Assembly (NCBI GenBank): GCA_965240465.1 | Contig: OZ251219.1 | Location: forward strand, 502,681 to 566,680 | DNA length: 64,000 nt | Source of the DNA: a bacterium | GTDB lineage: Bacteria; SAR324; JACQKK01 | Reading direction: 5' to 3' | Shown here: positions 18,052-28,397 of the stretch, one piece after another | Layout: every line of letters starts with the position of its first letter | Numbering within the stretch: position 1 is the first letter of the stretch | Notes under the pieces: generated by a model | Database searches by the model: none | What the model was told of the DNA's origin: nothing | What the model saw: only the letters and a program-made list of their open reading frames with translations | Translations under genes and position numbers: made by a program

Positions 18052-19572
18052 TCAGCTGGGTGGTTCTTCCACTATTGCCTCTGCGGAGCTGATGGAACGA
18101 GTAAAGAGGGGAGAAATTAGATAAATAAAGCCATAAGCCATCAAGATGAAGCCGAAATAGGGGGTCCACATCCCTATTACAATTCCAAGTCCTGATATCC
18201 AACTTAGGGAGGTTTTTCGTCCTAGTAGTCGTCCGATATGAAGGTATCGTACTCGGCAGGCACTCATCATCACTGCCCCGACCAAAAGCGACCCTATACA
18301 GACCAGCACCCAGTTTTGGGTTCCAAAGCTCCAGCGACCAGAGACCATATACTCTAAGACCACTAAGGGAGCTACCACCATACCTGCTCCGCCTGGGGTT
18401 GGCATACCTCTGAAGAATCCCGGTTCAGCCGATGGACCTATGGCAAACATTATCAATCGCCAGACTCCTGCCAAGGCGTATAACGCGGCTAACATGGGTA
18501 TCCAGATTCCTAGTGCTTGCCCTTCAGGAATGGCAGACAGGGTGATATAAAATATCAAGGCGGGAGCAATACAAAAGCTGATGGTATCGGAGAGAATATC
18601 CAGCCACACGCCTAATTGTCGGGGGCCGGAATCATTTGTCAAACCCAAACGGCGAGCAACAAAGCCATCTAGTCTATCAAACATCCCCGCCCCCAGTAAT
18701 AATAGCATGGCCTCCCGTAGCAACCCAAAATTAGCAAATACCACCGCCAAGATTCCCAAGACCGCGTTCAATAAGGTAAAGCTATTGGGCACCACCGACA
18801 AAATCCGTAGCCGCAGATCCTCATCATCTCCAGTGATACGCTCCAGAGCGTTGGCGGTGTACTTGCGTAAATGGAGGGTAACTGAGGCTACACACAGGAT
18901 TAAGAAGCTAATTTCCAAGAAAAACCAAAATCGTACTGGGATTTTTCCCACCCAAGTCCACCAGCTCAAGCTTGTTTCCCACACCGGCGACCAAAATGCA
19001 TTAGCATAAATCAAGACCGCAATTGGATAAAATGCCAACATCCGCCAACGACCAACAGCCCTAAGCTCGCCTTCTTCCTGAGCCTGCTGAGACATCTTAA
19101 GCAAAAATAAAACCAGCTGATCCCTAACCAAAACCAGCACGCTCAAACCCAACACAAAAACCATATGCAAACGCTCTATGGCACTAGCCTGACCCAGACG
19201 CTCCAATAACGCATATCGCCAGACCATCCCAGCTCCTAGTAATGGAAAAACAATGGAGATCACCAGCCTGTCCATCATGCGATTCACCACTGGCACTAAC
19301 TTAGAATCTGGAATGTACTTGTTAGACAATATCCAGTGGAGCCAATCAAAAACCATGGCTCCCATGAGTGTTCCTAGTCCTAGTACATATCCCCACCACA
19401 GTCCCGATATCATAACCCACAAGGTTCCCCCAAAGGTCGCCAACACCAACAAAGGACGACCAAAGCACAGCAATAGGGTGAAATTCACCCACAACGCATT
19501 CAATACTGCCATACTCCTGCTTTCCTCATAATACAAACTCACTCCCAAATGCGATGCTACCAAAAAACTCAC
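18052..19572 (-). CDS. Polytopic membrane protein with a C-terminal CDP-alcohol phosphatidyltransferase domain (PssA/PgsA-like)
   Basis: FDRLDGFVARRLGL...G.WLDILSDTISF matches D(x)2DG(x)2AR...G(x)3D(x)3D. It is preceded by an N-terminal extension of about 270 aa with multiple TM segments. Confidence 0.65.
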   Translation of the reverse strand: MSFLVASHLGVSLYYEESRSMAVLNALWVNFTLLLCFGRPLLVLATFGGTLWVMISGLWWGYVLGLGTLMGAMVFDWLHWILSNKYIPDSKLVPVVNRMMDRLVISIVFPLLGAGMVWRYALLERLGQASAIERLHMVFVLGLSVLVLVRDQLVLFLLKMSQQAQEEGELRAVGRWRMLAFYPIAVLIYANAFWSPVWETSLSWWTWVGKIPVRFWFFLEISFLILCVASVTLHLRKYTANALERITGDDEDLRLRILSVVPNSFTLLNAVLGILAVVFANFGLLREAMLLLLGAGMFDRLDGFVARRLGLTNDSGPRQLGVWLDILSDTISFCIAPALIFYITLSAIPEGQALGIWIPMLAALYALAGVWRLIMFAIGPSAEPGFFRGMPTPGGAGMVVAPLVVLEYMVSGRWSFGTQNWVLVCIGSLLVGAVMMSACRVRYLHIGRLLGRKTSLSWISGLGIVIGMWTPYFGFILMAYGFIYLISPLFTRSISSAEAIVEEPPS

Positions 19573-19683
19573 CCTTTTTCATGCTCTTGTCAAAAAGCCG
19601 AAGCTCATTAACTACACCCCCCTCCCACCCTGAGTAAAAAGCCAAATCCTTTGACTTACTTTGCTACTAAAAAATTATGGAAG

Positions 19684-19721
19684 AAAAAAATCAGCTACCT
19701 CCCCCGAAAGGGAAGTAGCCG
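19684..19721 (-). terminator. Rho-independent terminator (minus strand)
   Basis: The minus strand reads GGCTACTTCCC-TTTC-GGGGGAGGTAGC followed by a T7 run. Confidence 0.6.
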
Positions 19722-19818
19722 AATACATAAGTATCTGAAACGCATGGCGATGGACAAATACTTACATCGCCTAGTTGAATTTTTCTGGCAACTAGTCAGA
19801 TGACTACCAGTCAGATGA

Positions 19819-19998
19819 TTACGCCAAGGAGGAAAAGGCGTGGAGAGGCTCATAGTGATTGTGGCGTTCTTCACCTACCATGTGCCTGGCACGATACTTC
19901 TGGGCTGGCAACTGACTAATAATCCCACCATGGTTCTCAAAAAAATCCAGTGCCTGAGCAACGGTTTGACGATCTATTTTTTTGGCTCTTTTTTTCAT
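19819..19998 (-). CDS. Unlisted 59-aa ORF (below the 60-aa cutoff of the track): MKKRAKKIDRQTVAQALDFFENHGGIISQLPAQKYRARHMVGEERHNHYEPLHAFSSLA
   Basis: Hand translation. AGGTGA Shine-Dalgarno 5 nt upstream of the ATG, and an intrinsic terminator about 100 nt downstream. The plus-strand ORF 19840..20061 overlapping it looks spurious. Confidence 0.45.
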   Translation of the reverse strand: MKKRAKKIDRQTVAQALDFFENHGGIISQLPAQKYRARHMVGEERHNHYEPLHAFSSLA

Positions 19999-20322
19999 TA
20001 TTCACCTTTACAAAAAATTAATCCTCATAAACTTATTGCCACTCTCTCACCTATCTTTTAATCACTTCTTAAAACGGCTCTCTAACGCAATCATATAGTG
20101 CAATCATCTAACGCAAACTTGCATCCCATTAAGGAAAGCCTGTTCTACAAACCAATACCTCTCTTCATTTTACGTGCCAAGTTAAAATTAACTTGACTAA
20201 GTTATTGATATATCAAAGTAAAATGACTATTTTTTAGACCGCCATGACCCCCCCCAAGCAGGATAGCACTGAGGAAAAATAACCCCACTTTTGCACCTTA
20301 ACTGTGGCAATTTTACCTCATA

Positions 20323-20919
20323 TTAAAGAGTAGCATCCCTCGGGCGAGCGATTTCTTGCATCAGGTTTTTGATTTGCAGATCACTCAGGTCATTCAATCC
20401 CGATAACATGGCAATCAGTTCCACCCCGCTATCGGCTACTGGAATAACATTTTCGGGCTGGATTCCCCCGATGGCTACCACTGGGCAGGATGCTAACTTG
20501 AGAAATTTTCTCAGACCAGCTATGCCACACAGAGCATAAGGTACACGCTTGCTAAGCGAATGAAATATTGGTCCAAAGCCTACCAAAGCGGGCTTGAACC
20601 TCTGAGCTTGTTTCCATTCTGATGCATTGTGTACCGAGATTCCCAACCGCAACTTCACCGAACACAGCTCTTGAGATTGATATCGTTGCAGATCTGCCTG
20701 CCCCAAGTGTACTCCCCAAGCTTCAACGGCCATACCTTGGGCAATGCTATCGTTTATCACCAACCGCACTCCCTTTTTAGCAGCCTCCCAGCCGTGTATC
20801 CGTTGAATATCGGCTCCTCTCAAGCCCGATTTTATGCGTAGCTGGACGTAGGGTACTCCCAAATTAACCAATCGTTCTCCCTTGGATACCGAACTTGCTA
20901 TACCGTATAATAACGCCAT
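20323..20919 (-). CDS. thiE: Thiamine-phosphate synthase
   Basis: YVQLRIK, LVINDSIA, GVHLGQADL and VVAIGGI are typical ThiE blocks. Confidence 0.8.
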   Translation of the reverse strand: MALLYGIASSVSKGERLVNLGVPYVQLRIKSGLRGADIQRIHGWEAAKKGVRLVINDSIAQGMAVEAWGVHLGQADLQRYQSQELCSVKLRLGISVHNASEWKQAQRFKPALVGFGPIFHSLSKRVPYALCGIAGLRKFLKLASCPVVAIGGIQPENVIPVADSGVELIAMLSGLNDLSDLQIKNLMQEIARPRDATL

Positions 20920-21334
20920 CTTTGCTTAGGGTTTCTGAGTCATTAAAAAACTCCTTAAATCATAAACATTAAGATGATCAAGGCTACTAACTTGGGTCAC
21001 TGCATCACGGATGATCTCTAAATGGTAGCTACCGATAAATCTAAGCTTCTAGCAGTCCCGCGTACAAGTATCCTCAGAAAGATTTGCACAAAAGATTTGC
21101 ACAAAAGATTTGCACAGCTGAATTAATTCTTGTATAATTTGGAGCTAAGGTTTTTTACAGGTTCTTAATCAATTTGCCCACTTCTTGCTTATTCTTGCTT
21201 ATTCTTGCTTAGGTATTAAACGAGAATATTTGACGATTATTTGGGTATGCAGACTTGTTGATGTGTTCTAAAGCTAGCTGGTATTGCGGGGGGGTTAATT
21301 TTCAGGGTGGGGGGAGCATATGATAGGTAGGCGT

Positions 21335-21440
21335 ATGGCGAGGGAGGAATTGCGGCATATGGCAGGGGAGGCATTGCGGCATATGACAGGGGAGGCATTG
21401 CGGCATATGACAGGGAAGCTTATGGCAAGGAAGCTTGTAG
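21335..21440. repeat. 24-bp tandem repeat (GAGGCATTGCGGCATATGACAGGG) x3 plus degenerate copies, upstream of rpoD
   Basis: Read directly. It generates ORFs 21302..21634(-) and 21320..21535(+). Confidence 0.85.
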
Positions 21441-21464
21441 CAAGGGGAAGAGTGAGAAAGCGAA

Positions 21465-23393
21465 TTGGGGGAATGGTCGGGGGAGAAGATTTTTTTAGCG
21501 ATGGCGATGGTGCCGTTTTTTCTTGTAGGAGATAATTTAGCTATGGTTGGAAAAGTACCTGTTGATAGGCATGAGCCCAAGTTTTCACGTGAGCGAGTGG
21601 GTAGTTTGAATGAGGGGGAGAGGGAGGAAGCCATTTCAGAGTTGATGGGAGCTGAGACGGAATCCCATGGGGATGTCGTGCGTCAGATGGTAGCAGAGGG
21701 GAAGCAGCGGGGTTCTATCACTTTGGAAGAAATAAATGAGTGTCTGACTTATGAAAAAGATACTGATAAGAAGGCCTCTGCAGAGCTATTGGAAGATTTA
21801 TTGGTATTTTTTCAAGATATGAAGATAGAGGTGCTAGATAATGGTAAAGCCTTGGACTTAGCACAGCATCGCGGAGAACAATCATCCAAAAATAGCTACA
21901 ATATGGAGCCCTCGGTTGATATTCGTACTGATGACCCCGTACGCATGTATTTGCGTGAGATGGGACACATCAAGTTATTATCTCGTGCCGAGGAGGTGGA
22001 GATATCCAAACGGATAGAAGATGGGCAACGCAAGATGATAGAGGTTTTGGCTCGTTCTCCCTTAGTGGCAGAGCATTTATTGGAATTGCGTGAAAAACTT
22101 TATGATAAGCGGATCAAATCTCAAGAGCTTATTTCTGGGATGGATGAAGATGATAATGTGATTGAAGAAGATGGGATCTTCGCCGAAAAACTGCTGATAG
22201 TCCTAGATTCCATATATAAAAAACGCCGAGAGATCGCCAAGCTTCTGGCTAAAGATTTAACCAAGAATACCGAATCCAAGATCATCAAGACTCGTCAGAC
22301 TTTGTCTTTTATCATAGAAGGCATTAATTTCAACTCTCGGCAGGTGGGTACCATGTGCGAAGTGATGCTCCAACATCGCAATAAAATATACCGAGCCTCT
22401 AGCCAACTTGAATCTCTCCAGCAAAATCTGGGCAAACTAACAGATAAACAAAAAAACCTCCTTAATAAATGGCAGAGTGATTCTCTTAAATACGCCAAAC
22501 TAGAAACAGAAATTGAAAAACTCTGTGGCAAAAGCCCACGAATCATCAGACGACTGATGGAAAAAATGTTCATCACCGATACCAGAATCAAACGCCTTAT
22601 AACTCAAGCCGAAGCCACTAGAGAAGAATTCCAAACGGAAATCGGACTCCTAGTAGCATCTGAACGCAAGGTTAAAAAAGCCAAAACTCAACTCACTCAA
22701 GCCAACCTCAGATTGGTTATCAGCATTGCCAAAAAATACGCCAACCGAGGACTACAATTCCTAGACCTAATCCAAGAAGGTAATATCGGGCTCATGAAAG
22801 CCGTAGATAAATTTGAATACCGACGCGGCTATAAATTCTCTACCTATGCTACTTGGTGGATCCGACAAGCAATCACTCGGGCCATCGCCGACCAAGGACG
22901 AACCATTCGGGTGCCAGTCCACATGATCGAAACCATGAATAAATTATTACGCACTTCACGACAACTAGTACAAGAACTCGGCAGAGAACCCTACCCTGAG
23001 GAAATCGCTAAAGAAGTGAACCTGCCCTTGGAAAAAGTACGCAAAGTATTCCAAATCGCCAAAGAACCAACCTCGCTGGAAACACCCATCGGCGAAGAAG
23101 AAGACTCCCACTTAGGCGACTTCATCCCCGATCCCAACGCTCAAATGCCCGAAGACCTCGCCCTTACCCAAAACCTCCGTGAAAATACACGCGAAGCACT
23201 GGATAAACTAACCGAACGAGAAGGTAAAGTCCTCGCAATGCGTTTCGGAATCGGAAAACAACGCGATCACACCCTAGAAGAAATCGGACAAGATTTTGAC
23301 GTCACCAGAGAGCGTATCCGACAAATTGAAGCCAAAGCACTACGCAAACTGCGTCATCCCGTACGCTCTAAGCACTTGCGTACCTTCTTTTAG
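21465..23393 (+). CDS. rpoD: RNA polymerase sigma-70 factor RpoD
   Basis: Region 1.2 is [11 protein letters not shown]. Region 2 is [12 protein letters not shown]...[44 protein letters not shown]. Region 4 is [30 protein letters not shown]. The true start is probably the internal Met at 21645 (MGAETESH..). Confidence 0.9.
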   Translation: MGEWSGEKIFLAMAMVPFFLVGDNLAMVGKVPVDRHEPKFSRERVGSLNEGEREEAISELMGAETESHGDVVRQMVAEGKQRGSITLEEINECLTYEKDTDKKASAELLEDLLVFFQDMKIEVLDNGKALDLAQHRGEQSSKNSYNMEPSVDIRTDDPVRMYLREMGHIKLLSRAEEVEISKRIEDGQRKMIEVLARSPLVAEHLLELREKLYDKRIKSQELISGMDEDDNVIEEDGIFAEKLLIVLDSIYKKRREIAKLLAKDLTKNTESKIIKTRQTLSFIIEGINFNSRQVGTMCEVMLQHRNKIYRASSQLESLQQNLGKLTDKQKNLLNKWQSDSLKYAKLETEIEKLCGKSPRIIRRLMEKMFITDTRIKRLITQAEATREEFQTEIGLLVASERKVKKAKTQLTQANLRLVISIAKKYANRGLQFLDLIQEGNIGLMKAVDKFEYRRGYKFSTYATWWIRQAITRAIADQGRTIRVPVHMIETMNKLLRTSRQLVQELGREPYPEEIAKEVNLPLEKVRKVFQIAKEPTSLETPIGEEEDSHLGDFIPDPNAQMPEDLALTQNLRENTREALDKLTEREGKVLAMRFGIGKQRDHTLEEIGQDFDVTRERIRQIEAKALRKLRHPVRSKHLRTFF

Positions 23394-23648
23394 CTCGCTC
23401 AATCGGATCACTCATAGCTCGCTCAATCGGATCACTCAATTAGCTCGCTCAATTAGCTCGCTCAATCGGATCACTCATAGCTCGCTCAATCGGATCACTC
23501 AATTAGCTCGCTCAATTAGCTCGCTCAATCGGATCACTCATAGCTCGCTCAATCGGATCACTCAATTAGCTCGCTCAATTAGCTCGCTCAATTAGCTCGC
23601 TCAATTAGCTCGCTCAATTAGCTCGCTCAATCGGATCACTCAATTAGA
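23391..23648. repeat. Composite tandem array: a 63-bp higher-order unit x3 built from TAGCTCGCTCAAT(CGGATCACTCA), then a 13-bp unit x5
   Basis: Read directly. The rpoD TAG stop codon (23391-23393) is the first triplet of the array. Confidence 0.9.
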
Positions 23649-23743
23649 TAACTTCCTCCACATAACTCCTTAGAGATAGCTCCATAGCTTCCTTTTTTAT
23701 AAATTCTGGTTGATGATGCCTAAGCTATCTTTCCTATTTAGCC

Positions 23744-24466
23744 ATGCAAGTGACCGTACATCTCTTCGGCTTGTTAAGGGAATCCTTGGGTGAGGTTATT
23801 ATCCTCAGCTTAGCTGCTCCCTACACAGCCGAGCAATTACTTACGGCTTTTATAACCGAGCATCCCAAGTTTCGGGCATTGCGGGAATCTTTGCTGGTGG
23901 CTGCCGATGAGCAATATGTCAAACCGCGACAATCTCTAAAAAACGCAAAAAAATTGGCTTTATTTCCTCCTTTGGGCGGGGGTTCGGATGTTCCTGAGGC
24001 AGAGCAAGATTTTAGCCCGTCTTTTTATCTTAGCGAAGAACCTCTGGAGCTTGGGCGATTATTGGCTGAATTACAATCTCTGCCAGCTAGTCGGTGTTCC
24101 CAAGACAAGCCTTATTCGGTGGGAGGATTAAGTATATTTTTGGGAGTGGTGCGTGAGTTCAATCAGGGGAAGAAGGTGCGTTATTTGGAGTATCAGGCGG
24201 AGCGGGCGATGGTTTTGATTCAATTGCGAGAATTGGCGACTCAGTTACGTCAACGCTGGGGGGTGGAAAGATTGATGATTGCACATCGTTTGGGGAGGGT
24301 AAAAGTAGGTGAAACGAGCTTGGCAGTGCTAGTGGGTACCGAGCATCGTCAAGAAGCTATGTCTGCCTGCCAATACGCGGTGGAATGGATAAAAACTCGG
24401 CTTCCGATCTGGAAAAAGGAGATAAGCACCTCGGGACAACAATGGATTGCTAATTCTAGCACTTAG
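23744..24466 (+). CDS. moaDE: Molybdopterin synthase MoaD-MoaE fusion
   Basis: The N-terminal ~80 aa have a ubiquitin-like MoaD pattern ending in ...LFPPLGGG. The C-terminal part carries MoaE blocks GGLSIFLGVVREFNQGKKVRYLEYQAERAM and IWKKE. Confidence 0.7.
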   Translation: MQVTVHLFGLLRESLGEVIILSLAAPYTAEQLLTAFITEHPKFRALRESLLVAADEQYVKPRQSLKNAKKLALFPPLGGGSDVPEAEQDFSPSFYLSEEPLELGRLLAELQSLPASRCSQDKPYSVGGLSIFLGVVREFNQGKKVRYLEYQAERAMVLIQLRELATQLRQRWGVERLMIAHRLGRVKVGETSLAVLVGTEHRQEAMSACQYAVEWIKTRLPIWKKEISTSGQQWIANSST

Positions 24467-24616
24467 GCATTGCTTATCCTTAGCTTATCCTTGCTTATCC
24501 TTGCTTATCCTTAGTTAGCATTGGATTTTTATCTATCTATTGGGGTATCATGCTCTGAGGGTTGTGATTTGGTAGGGGGGCGGGGGGTGGTTTAAGGCAG
24601 TAGAAGGACTATTTTA

Positions 24617-25909
24617 GTGAGTATCCTAGGAATCTCCAAAGCATCTAGTTTATTGGTAATTATTTCAGCGATGATGATTATCTCACCAGCAGAGGCAGAG
24701 GCAGTACCAAAGGCAGTGCCGAAGGCAGAAGTGCTTCACTGGTGGACTTCAGGGGAAGCAGGAAAGTCCATTCAGTTACTCAAGGATAGTTTTATCAAGC
24801 ATGGTGGTAAGTGGATAGATTCTGATATTAGGGGTCCCGATGCTATTTCTGGGTTGCAGCCGTTGAAGGCGAGGGTATTATCGGGGAGTGCTCCCACGGC
24901 AGTGCAGTTGAAGGGGCCTTTTATTCAGGGATGGCATAAGAGTGGAGCTTTGGCATTCATAGATGAGGTAGCTACTAAGGGAGGATGGAATAGATTATTA
25001 TTACCTCAGGTGCGTCAACAGGTGCTTTGTGATGGTCGTTATTGTGCGGTGCCTGTTAACATTCATCGCGTTGACTGGATCTGGGGTAGTGCCAGGGTAT
25101 TGAAAGCTGCTGGGGTTCGTAGGATGCCTCGTAGCTGGAAGGAGTTCAATAGTGCTGCCCGCAAGGTCCAAGCGATTAAGAAAATAGCTCTAGCTCATAG
25201 CGGACAAGCTTGGCAAAACGCCACCTTGTTTGAAACCGTTGTCTTAGGAGTAGGGGGCAATCAATTCTACCAGCGTGCCTTAATAGACCTAGAACCAGCC
25301 GCATTAAACAGCGACACTATGGTTAAGGTCTTTGACCAAATGCGTATCCTAAGCGGCTTTGTAGATAAAGACTTCTCAGGACGTGATTGGAATTTAGCTA
25401 CTTCACTCATCATTAACGATAAAGCAGCTTTTCAAATCACTGGGGACTGGGCAAAAGTGAAATTCCTCACCGCTGGCAAAAAACCAGGTAAGGATTTCTA
25501 TTGCTCGCCCACCCCCAGCAAAGGATACCTCTACAGTATAGACAACTTTGCTATGTTCAAGGTCAAAGGACCAGAAAAAAAACAAGGACAACTCCTACTA
25601 GCTAAACTCATCATGGATAAAAAATTCCAAAAAGAATTTAACCTGAAAAAAGGCTCCATCCCCGCACGCTTAGATGTCTCCCTCATACAATTTGACCAAT
25701 GTGCCAAAAAATCTAGCAAAGATATCCTATCAAAATCCAAAAAAGGGGCGGTACTACCCAGCCTACTCCATAGGACAATCAACCTCGGACCCGCTAAGGG
25801 AAAAATCCTAAACACCGTCGCCCAACACTTTAACTCCAATCTATCCTCAAAAAAAGCAACTCAAAAATTGGCTGAATCCCTCGCTCTCCCAATCCCTCAC
25901 CAACAATAA
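24617..25909 (+). CDS. ABC-transporter extracellular solute-binding protein (sugar-type, family 1), orphan
   Basis: It has a signal peptide, and its size (430 aa) and W/K/G-rich periplasmic-binding-protein pattern fit. GTG start. No permease or ATPase gene lies adjacent. Confidence 0.55.
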   Translation: MSILGISKASSLLVIISAMMIISPAEAEAVPKAVPKAEVLHWWTSGEAGKSIQLLKDSFIKHGGKWIDSDIRGPDAISGLQPLKARVLSGSAPTAVQLKGPFIQGWHKSGALAFIDEVATKGGWNRLLLPQVRQQVLCDGRYCAVPVNIHRVDWIWGSARVLKAAGVRRMPRSWKEFNSAARKVQAIKKIALAHSGQAWQNATLFETVVLGVGGNQFYQRALIDLEPAALNSDTMVKVFDQMRILSGFVDKDFSGRDWNLATSLIINDKAAFQITGDWAKVKFLTAGKKPGKDFYCSPTPSKGYLYSIDNFAMFKVKGPEKKQGQLLLAKLIMDKKFQKEFNLKKGSIPARLDVSLIQFDQCAKKSSKDILSKSKKGAVLPSLLHRTINLGPAKGKILNTVAQHFNSNLSSKKATQKLAESLALPIPHQQ

Positions 25910-25962
25910 ATCACTGACGCTTAACCCCTCTGGGATTAACATTACTCAATCTGGAGATACCC

Positions 25963-27906
25963 ATGAAATCATCACTGCAGAAATCACTGCAGAAATCACT
26001 GCAAAAGTCACTGCAAAAATCATCACTGCAAAAATTATCGCTCCTCTCAGCTTGCATCTTCGCTCTTTTCTTAGCCAGCTGTGGCGGGAACGGTGGAGGT
26101 GGTGGCGGGAACGGTGGAGGTGGTGGCGGGAACGGTGGTGGCGGGAACGGCGGAGGAGGCGGAGGTGTCAAACCTCTCGATACCGATTCTGATGGCATCC
26201 CTGACGATGTAGACCCCGATGACGACAATGACGGTAAAAACGACCCTGATGATCTCTGTGCCAAAGGCGACCTAAACTGGCTCAGCTCCCCCTCCACCGA
26301 TTACGATGACGACGGCTGCCAAGATTCAAGCGAAGACCCCGATGACGACAATGACAACAAAATCGACCCTTATGATCAATGTGCCAAAGGCGAGAAAGGC
26401 TGGCTCAGCTCCGTCAACACCGATGAGGATGGAGACGGCTGCCAAGATTCAGGCGAAGATGTTGATGATGATAACGACGGTCTAATAGAAATTGCCAATG
26501 CTGACCAACTAAACAACATCCGCCATGAGCTGGACGGCTCCCGCTATGATGATGAAATGGCTGACACCGATACTGGTGATAGAGGCTCCTACATAGGCTG
26601 TTTTGGTGACATCACCACCATAGGCTGCAGTGGCTATGAACTGGTTAATGACATTGTATTAAACGACCCAGACCCTGCTGACACTGGTAACTTTCAACCC
26701 ATTACAGGAGATTTTACCGCTATCTTAGATGGTAATAACTTTGCCATCCATAACTTAATCATTATCACCGACGCTAGCACCAAACACACAGCCTTCTTTA
26801 CATCCTTAGCCGCTGGTAGCCAAGTCAAAAACTTGTCCTTTACCAAAAGTGCAACCGACACAGGCTCAGTTACCAATAACTTCACTGGCACTAAGAGCAA
26901 TGTAGGGATTCTAGCAGGCTCTAATAGTGGAACAATATCCAATGTTTCTGTGGATCTATTATCGGTTTCTTCTACTGCTGCTAATTCTAGGGTCGGTGGC
27001 TTGGTAGGTCTTAATGCTAGTGGGGGGATTATCCAAAATAGCTCTGCCACTGGCAATGTTGCTGTCAGTGTTACTGCCATTGCTGGTACTAATAGAAATT
27101 TGGGTGGCTTGGTAGGTCTTAATGCTCAGGCGATTATCCAAAATAGCTCTGCCACTGGTGATGTTGACGGCGGGACTAGAGCTGACTTTATAGGTGGCTT
27201 GGTAGGTCGGAATTATGGGACGGTCCGAAATAGCTATGCCACTGGTGATGTTGACGGCGGGACTGGTGGTGACATTGTGGGCGGCTTGGTAGGTCGGAAT
27301 CGTGGGGTGGTCCAAAATAGCTATGCCACTGGTAATGTTGAAGACAGGGCTGGTACTAACCATATGGGCGGCTTGGTAGGTCAGAATTATGAGATGATCC
27401 AAAATAGCTATTCCTTAGGCAATGTTACGGGGCATGTAACAAGCAGTAATTTTGGTGGCTGGTACACAAGTAGTATTGGCCACTTGGTTGGGTACAGAAC
27501 TACCGGAACACCCTTGTTTAGGTCCAAAACTAGCGAAACAATTACCAGCAGCTATTATAATAATGAGAGTACTGCTACTAATGGTATTCTATTAGATGTT
27601 GGAATAGGCTTAAGCAAATCCCAGCTGCAAGCTATCAACCATACTCTCCCCACTCTGGAGAGTGATTGCTCTATGGCTGGGGGAACTTGGGCTCCCCCTG
27701 GCGATGCCAACGGTACATGCACTGGCGGATATTTAGCTGGTTGGAATCCCCTTAACTGGCAGTTCACCGCTGGTTTCTACCCCACTCTCAAATCCTATAA
27801 AGAAGGCACTGATACTAGCGGCAACCTAATCCAAATTGAAGACGATCTGCTCTGTGGGCAACTCAGCCAATTTCAACAAGCAGACGCTTTCGTTCAGTGT
27901 CCGTAG
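25963..27906 (+). CDS. Secreted lipoprotein with thrombospondin-type-3-like Ca-binding repeats and GLUG-motif repeats
   Basis: Lipobox LFLASCGG. D.D.DG..D..D repeats (DTDSDGIPDDVDPDDDNDG, three times). Then about 6 repeats of GGLVG.N...I.NS.ATG.V (GLUG). The N-terminus has (KSLQ)n and (GGNGGGG)n from 12- and 21-nt repeats. Confidence 0.7.
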   Translation: MKSSLQKSLQKSLQKSLQKSSLQKLSLLSACIFALFLASCGGNGGGGGGNGGGGGGNGGGGNGGGGGGVKPLDTDSDGIPDDVDPDDDNDGKNDPDDLCAKGDLNWLSSPSTDYDDDGCQDSSEDPDDDNDNKIDPYDQCAKGEKGWLSSVNTDEDGDGCQDSGEDVDDDNDGLIEIANADQLNNIRHELDGSRYDDEMADTDTGDRGSYIGCFGDITTIGCSGYELVNDIVLNDPDPADTGNFQPITGDFTAILDGNNFAIHNLIIITDASTKHTAFFTSLAAGSQVKNLSFTKSATDTGSVTNNFTGTKSNVGILAGSNSGTISNVSVDLLSVSSTAANSRVGGLVGLNASGGIIQNSSATGNVAVSVTAIAGTNRNLGGLVGLNAQAIIQNSSATGDVDGGTRADFIGGLVGRNYGTVRNSYATGDVDGGTGGDIVGGLVGRNRGVVQNSYATGNVEDRAGTNHMGGLVGQNYEMIQNSYSLGNVTGHVTSSNFGGWYTSSIGHLVGYRTTGTPLFRSKTSETITSSYYNNESTATNGILLDVGIGLSKSQLQAINHTLPTLESDCSMAGGTWAPPGDANGTCTGGYLAGWNPLNWQFTAGFYPTLKSYKEGTDTSGNLIQIEDDLLCGQLSQFQQADAFVQCP

Positions 27907-27975
27907 GCAGCGTAGACAGCTATAAAAAGGGGAGTGATTTCTTCCTTTTTGATGCATGAGTAGATGCATGAGTAC

Positions 27976-28004
27976 TTGACAAACTGATCGCCACTCCCTA
28001 TACT
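27976..28004 (+). promoter_or_regulatory. Near-consensus sigma70 promoter
   Basis: TTGACA, a 17-nt spacer, then TATACT. It lies in a gene-free gap with no annotated ORF immediately downstream. Confidence 0.5.
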
Positions 28005-28010
28005 CAACTC

Positions 28011-28397
28011 ATCGTAACATTTTTAGTGGTTGAATAAACTGCAGCTATGCTGAATCTAGGTCAGCAGATAATAATTTCATAAACTAAAGTGTTAGATGAT
28101 GAAGGGGGATCGGTGGAAAGTGACCGCCTGAGGTTCCGTCATACCGCAAGGTGGATCATGTGTGTCCTTTGTTTGCCTTTTGGCATATGCTTGCCTTTAT
28201 GTTTTGACACCCGCAAATGACGAGGAAGATGAGGAGGTGGACTGCACCGTAATCTCTTTTCCCTCTCCGCGAGATGAGCGTAGCTTAGTTTTAGGCTTTG
28301 CGATTAAGGGATTAAAACGCGGATCAAGCAGTCGGCAGAAACAAAGGGCGGGAGTCTAGCAGCTCTGAAGGTCGTGAAACGCCGTTTCTGTTTTTTG
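28011..28397 (+). ncRNA. Candidate independent transcription unit: unidentified structured RNA and/or small membrane protein (65-aa ORF 28162..28359)
   Basis: Bounded by the consensus promoter and a 3' stem (CAGAAAC...GGCG...CGCC-GTTTCTG) followed by T6. It contains local hairpins (GGTGG-AAAGTGA-CCGCC and TGCC-TTTT-GGCA). I could not assign it to tmRNA, RNase P, SRP or 6S. Confidence 0.25.

Noticed and set aside
19840-20061. A 73-aa plus-strand ORF.
   Set aside because: It has no Shine-Dalgarno sequence and an odd composition. The opposite strand carries a better-supported 59-aa ORF with a Shine-Dalgarno sequence and a terminator.
20920-21070. TPP riboswitch expected upstream of thiE; a CTGAGG...GCGGGA stretch is present on the minus strand.
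   Set aside because: It lacks the conserved ACCTGATCTGGATAATGCCAGCG-type core and has the wrong spacing. It is not convincing by eye.
23391-23648. CRISPR-like appearance of the array after rpoD, and of other regular arrays (6985, 11026, 45870).
   Set aside because: The units are directly abutting tandem repeats with no unique spacers, and no cas genes are present. These are mini- or microsatellites, not CRISPR.
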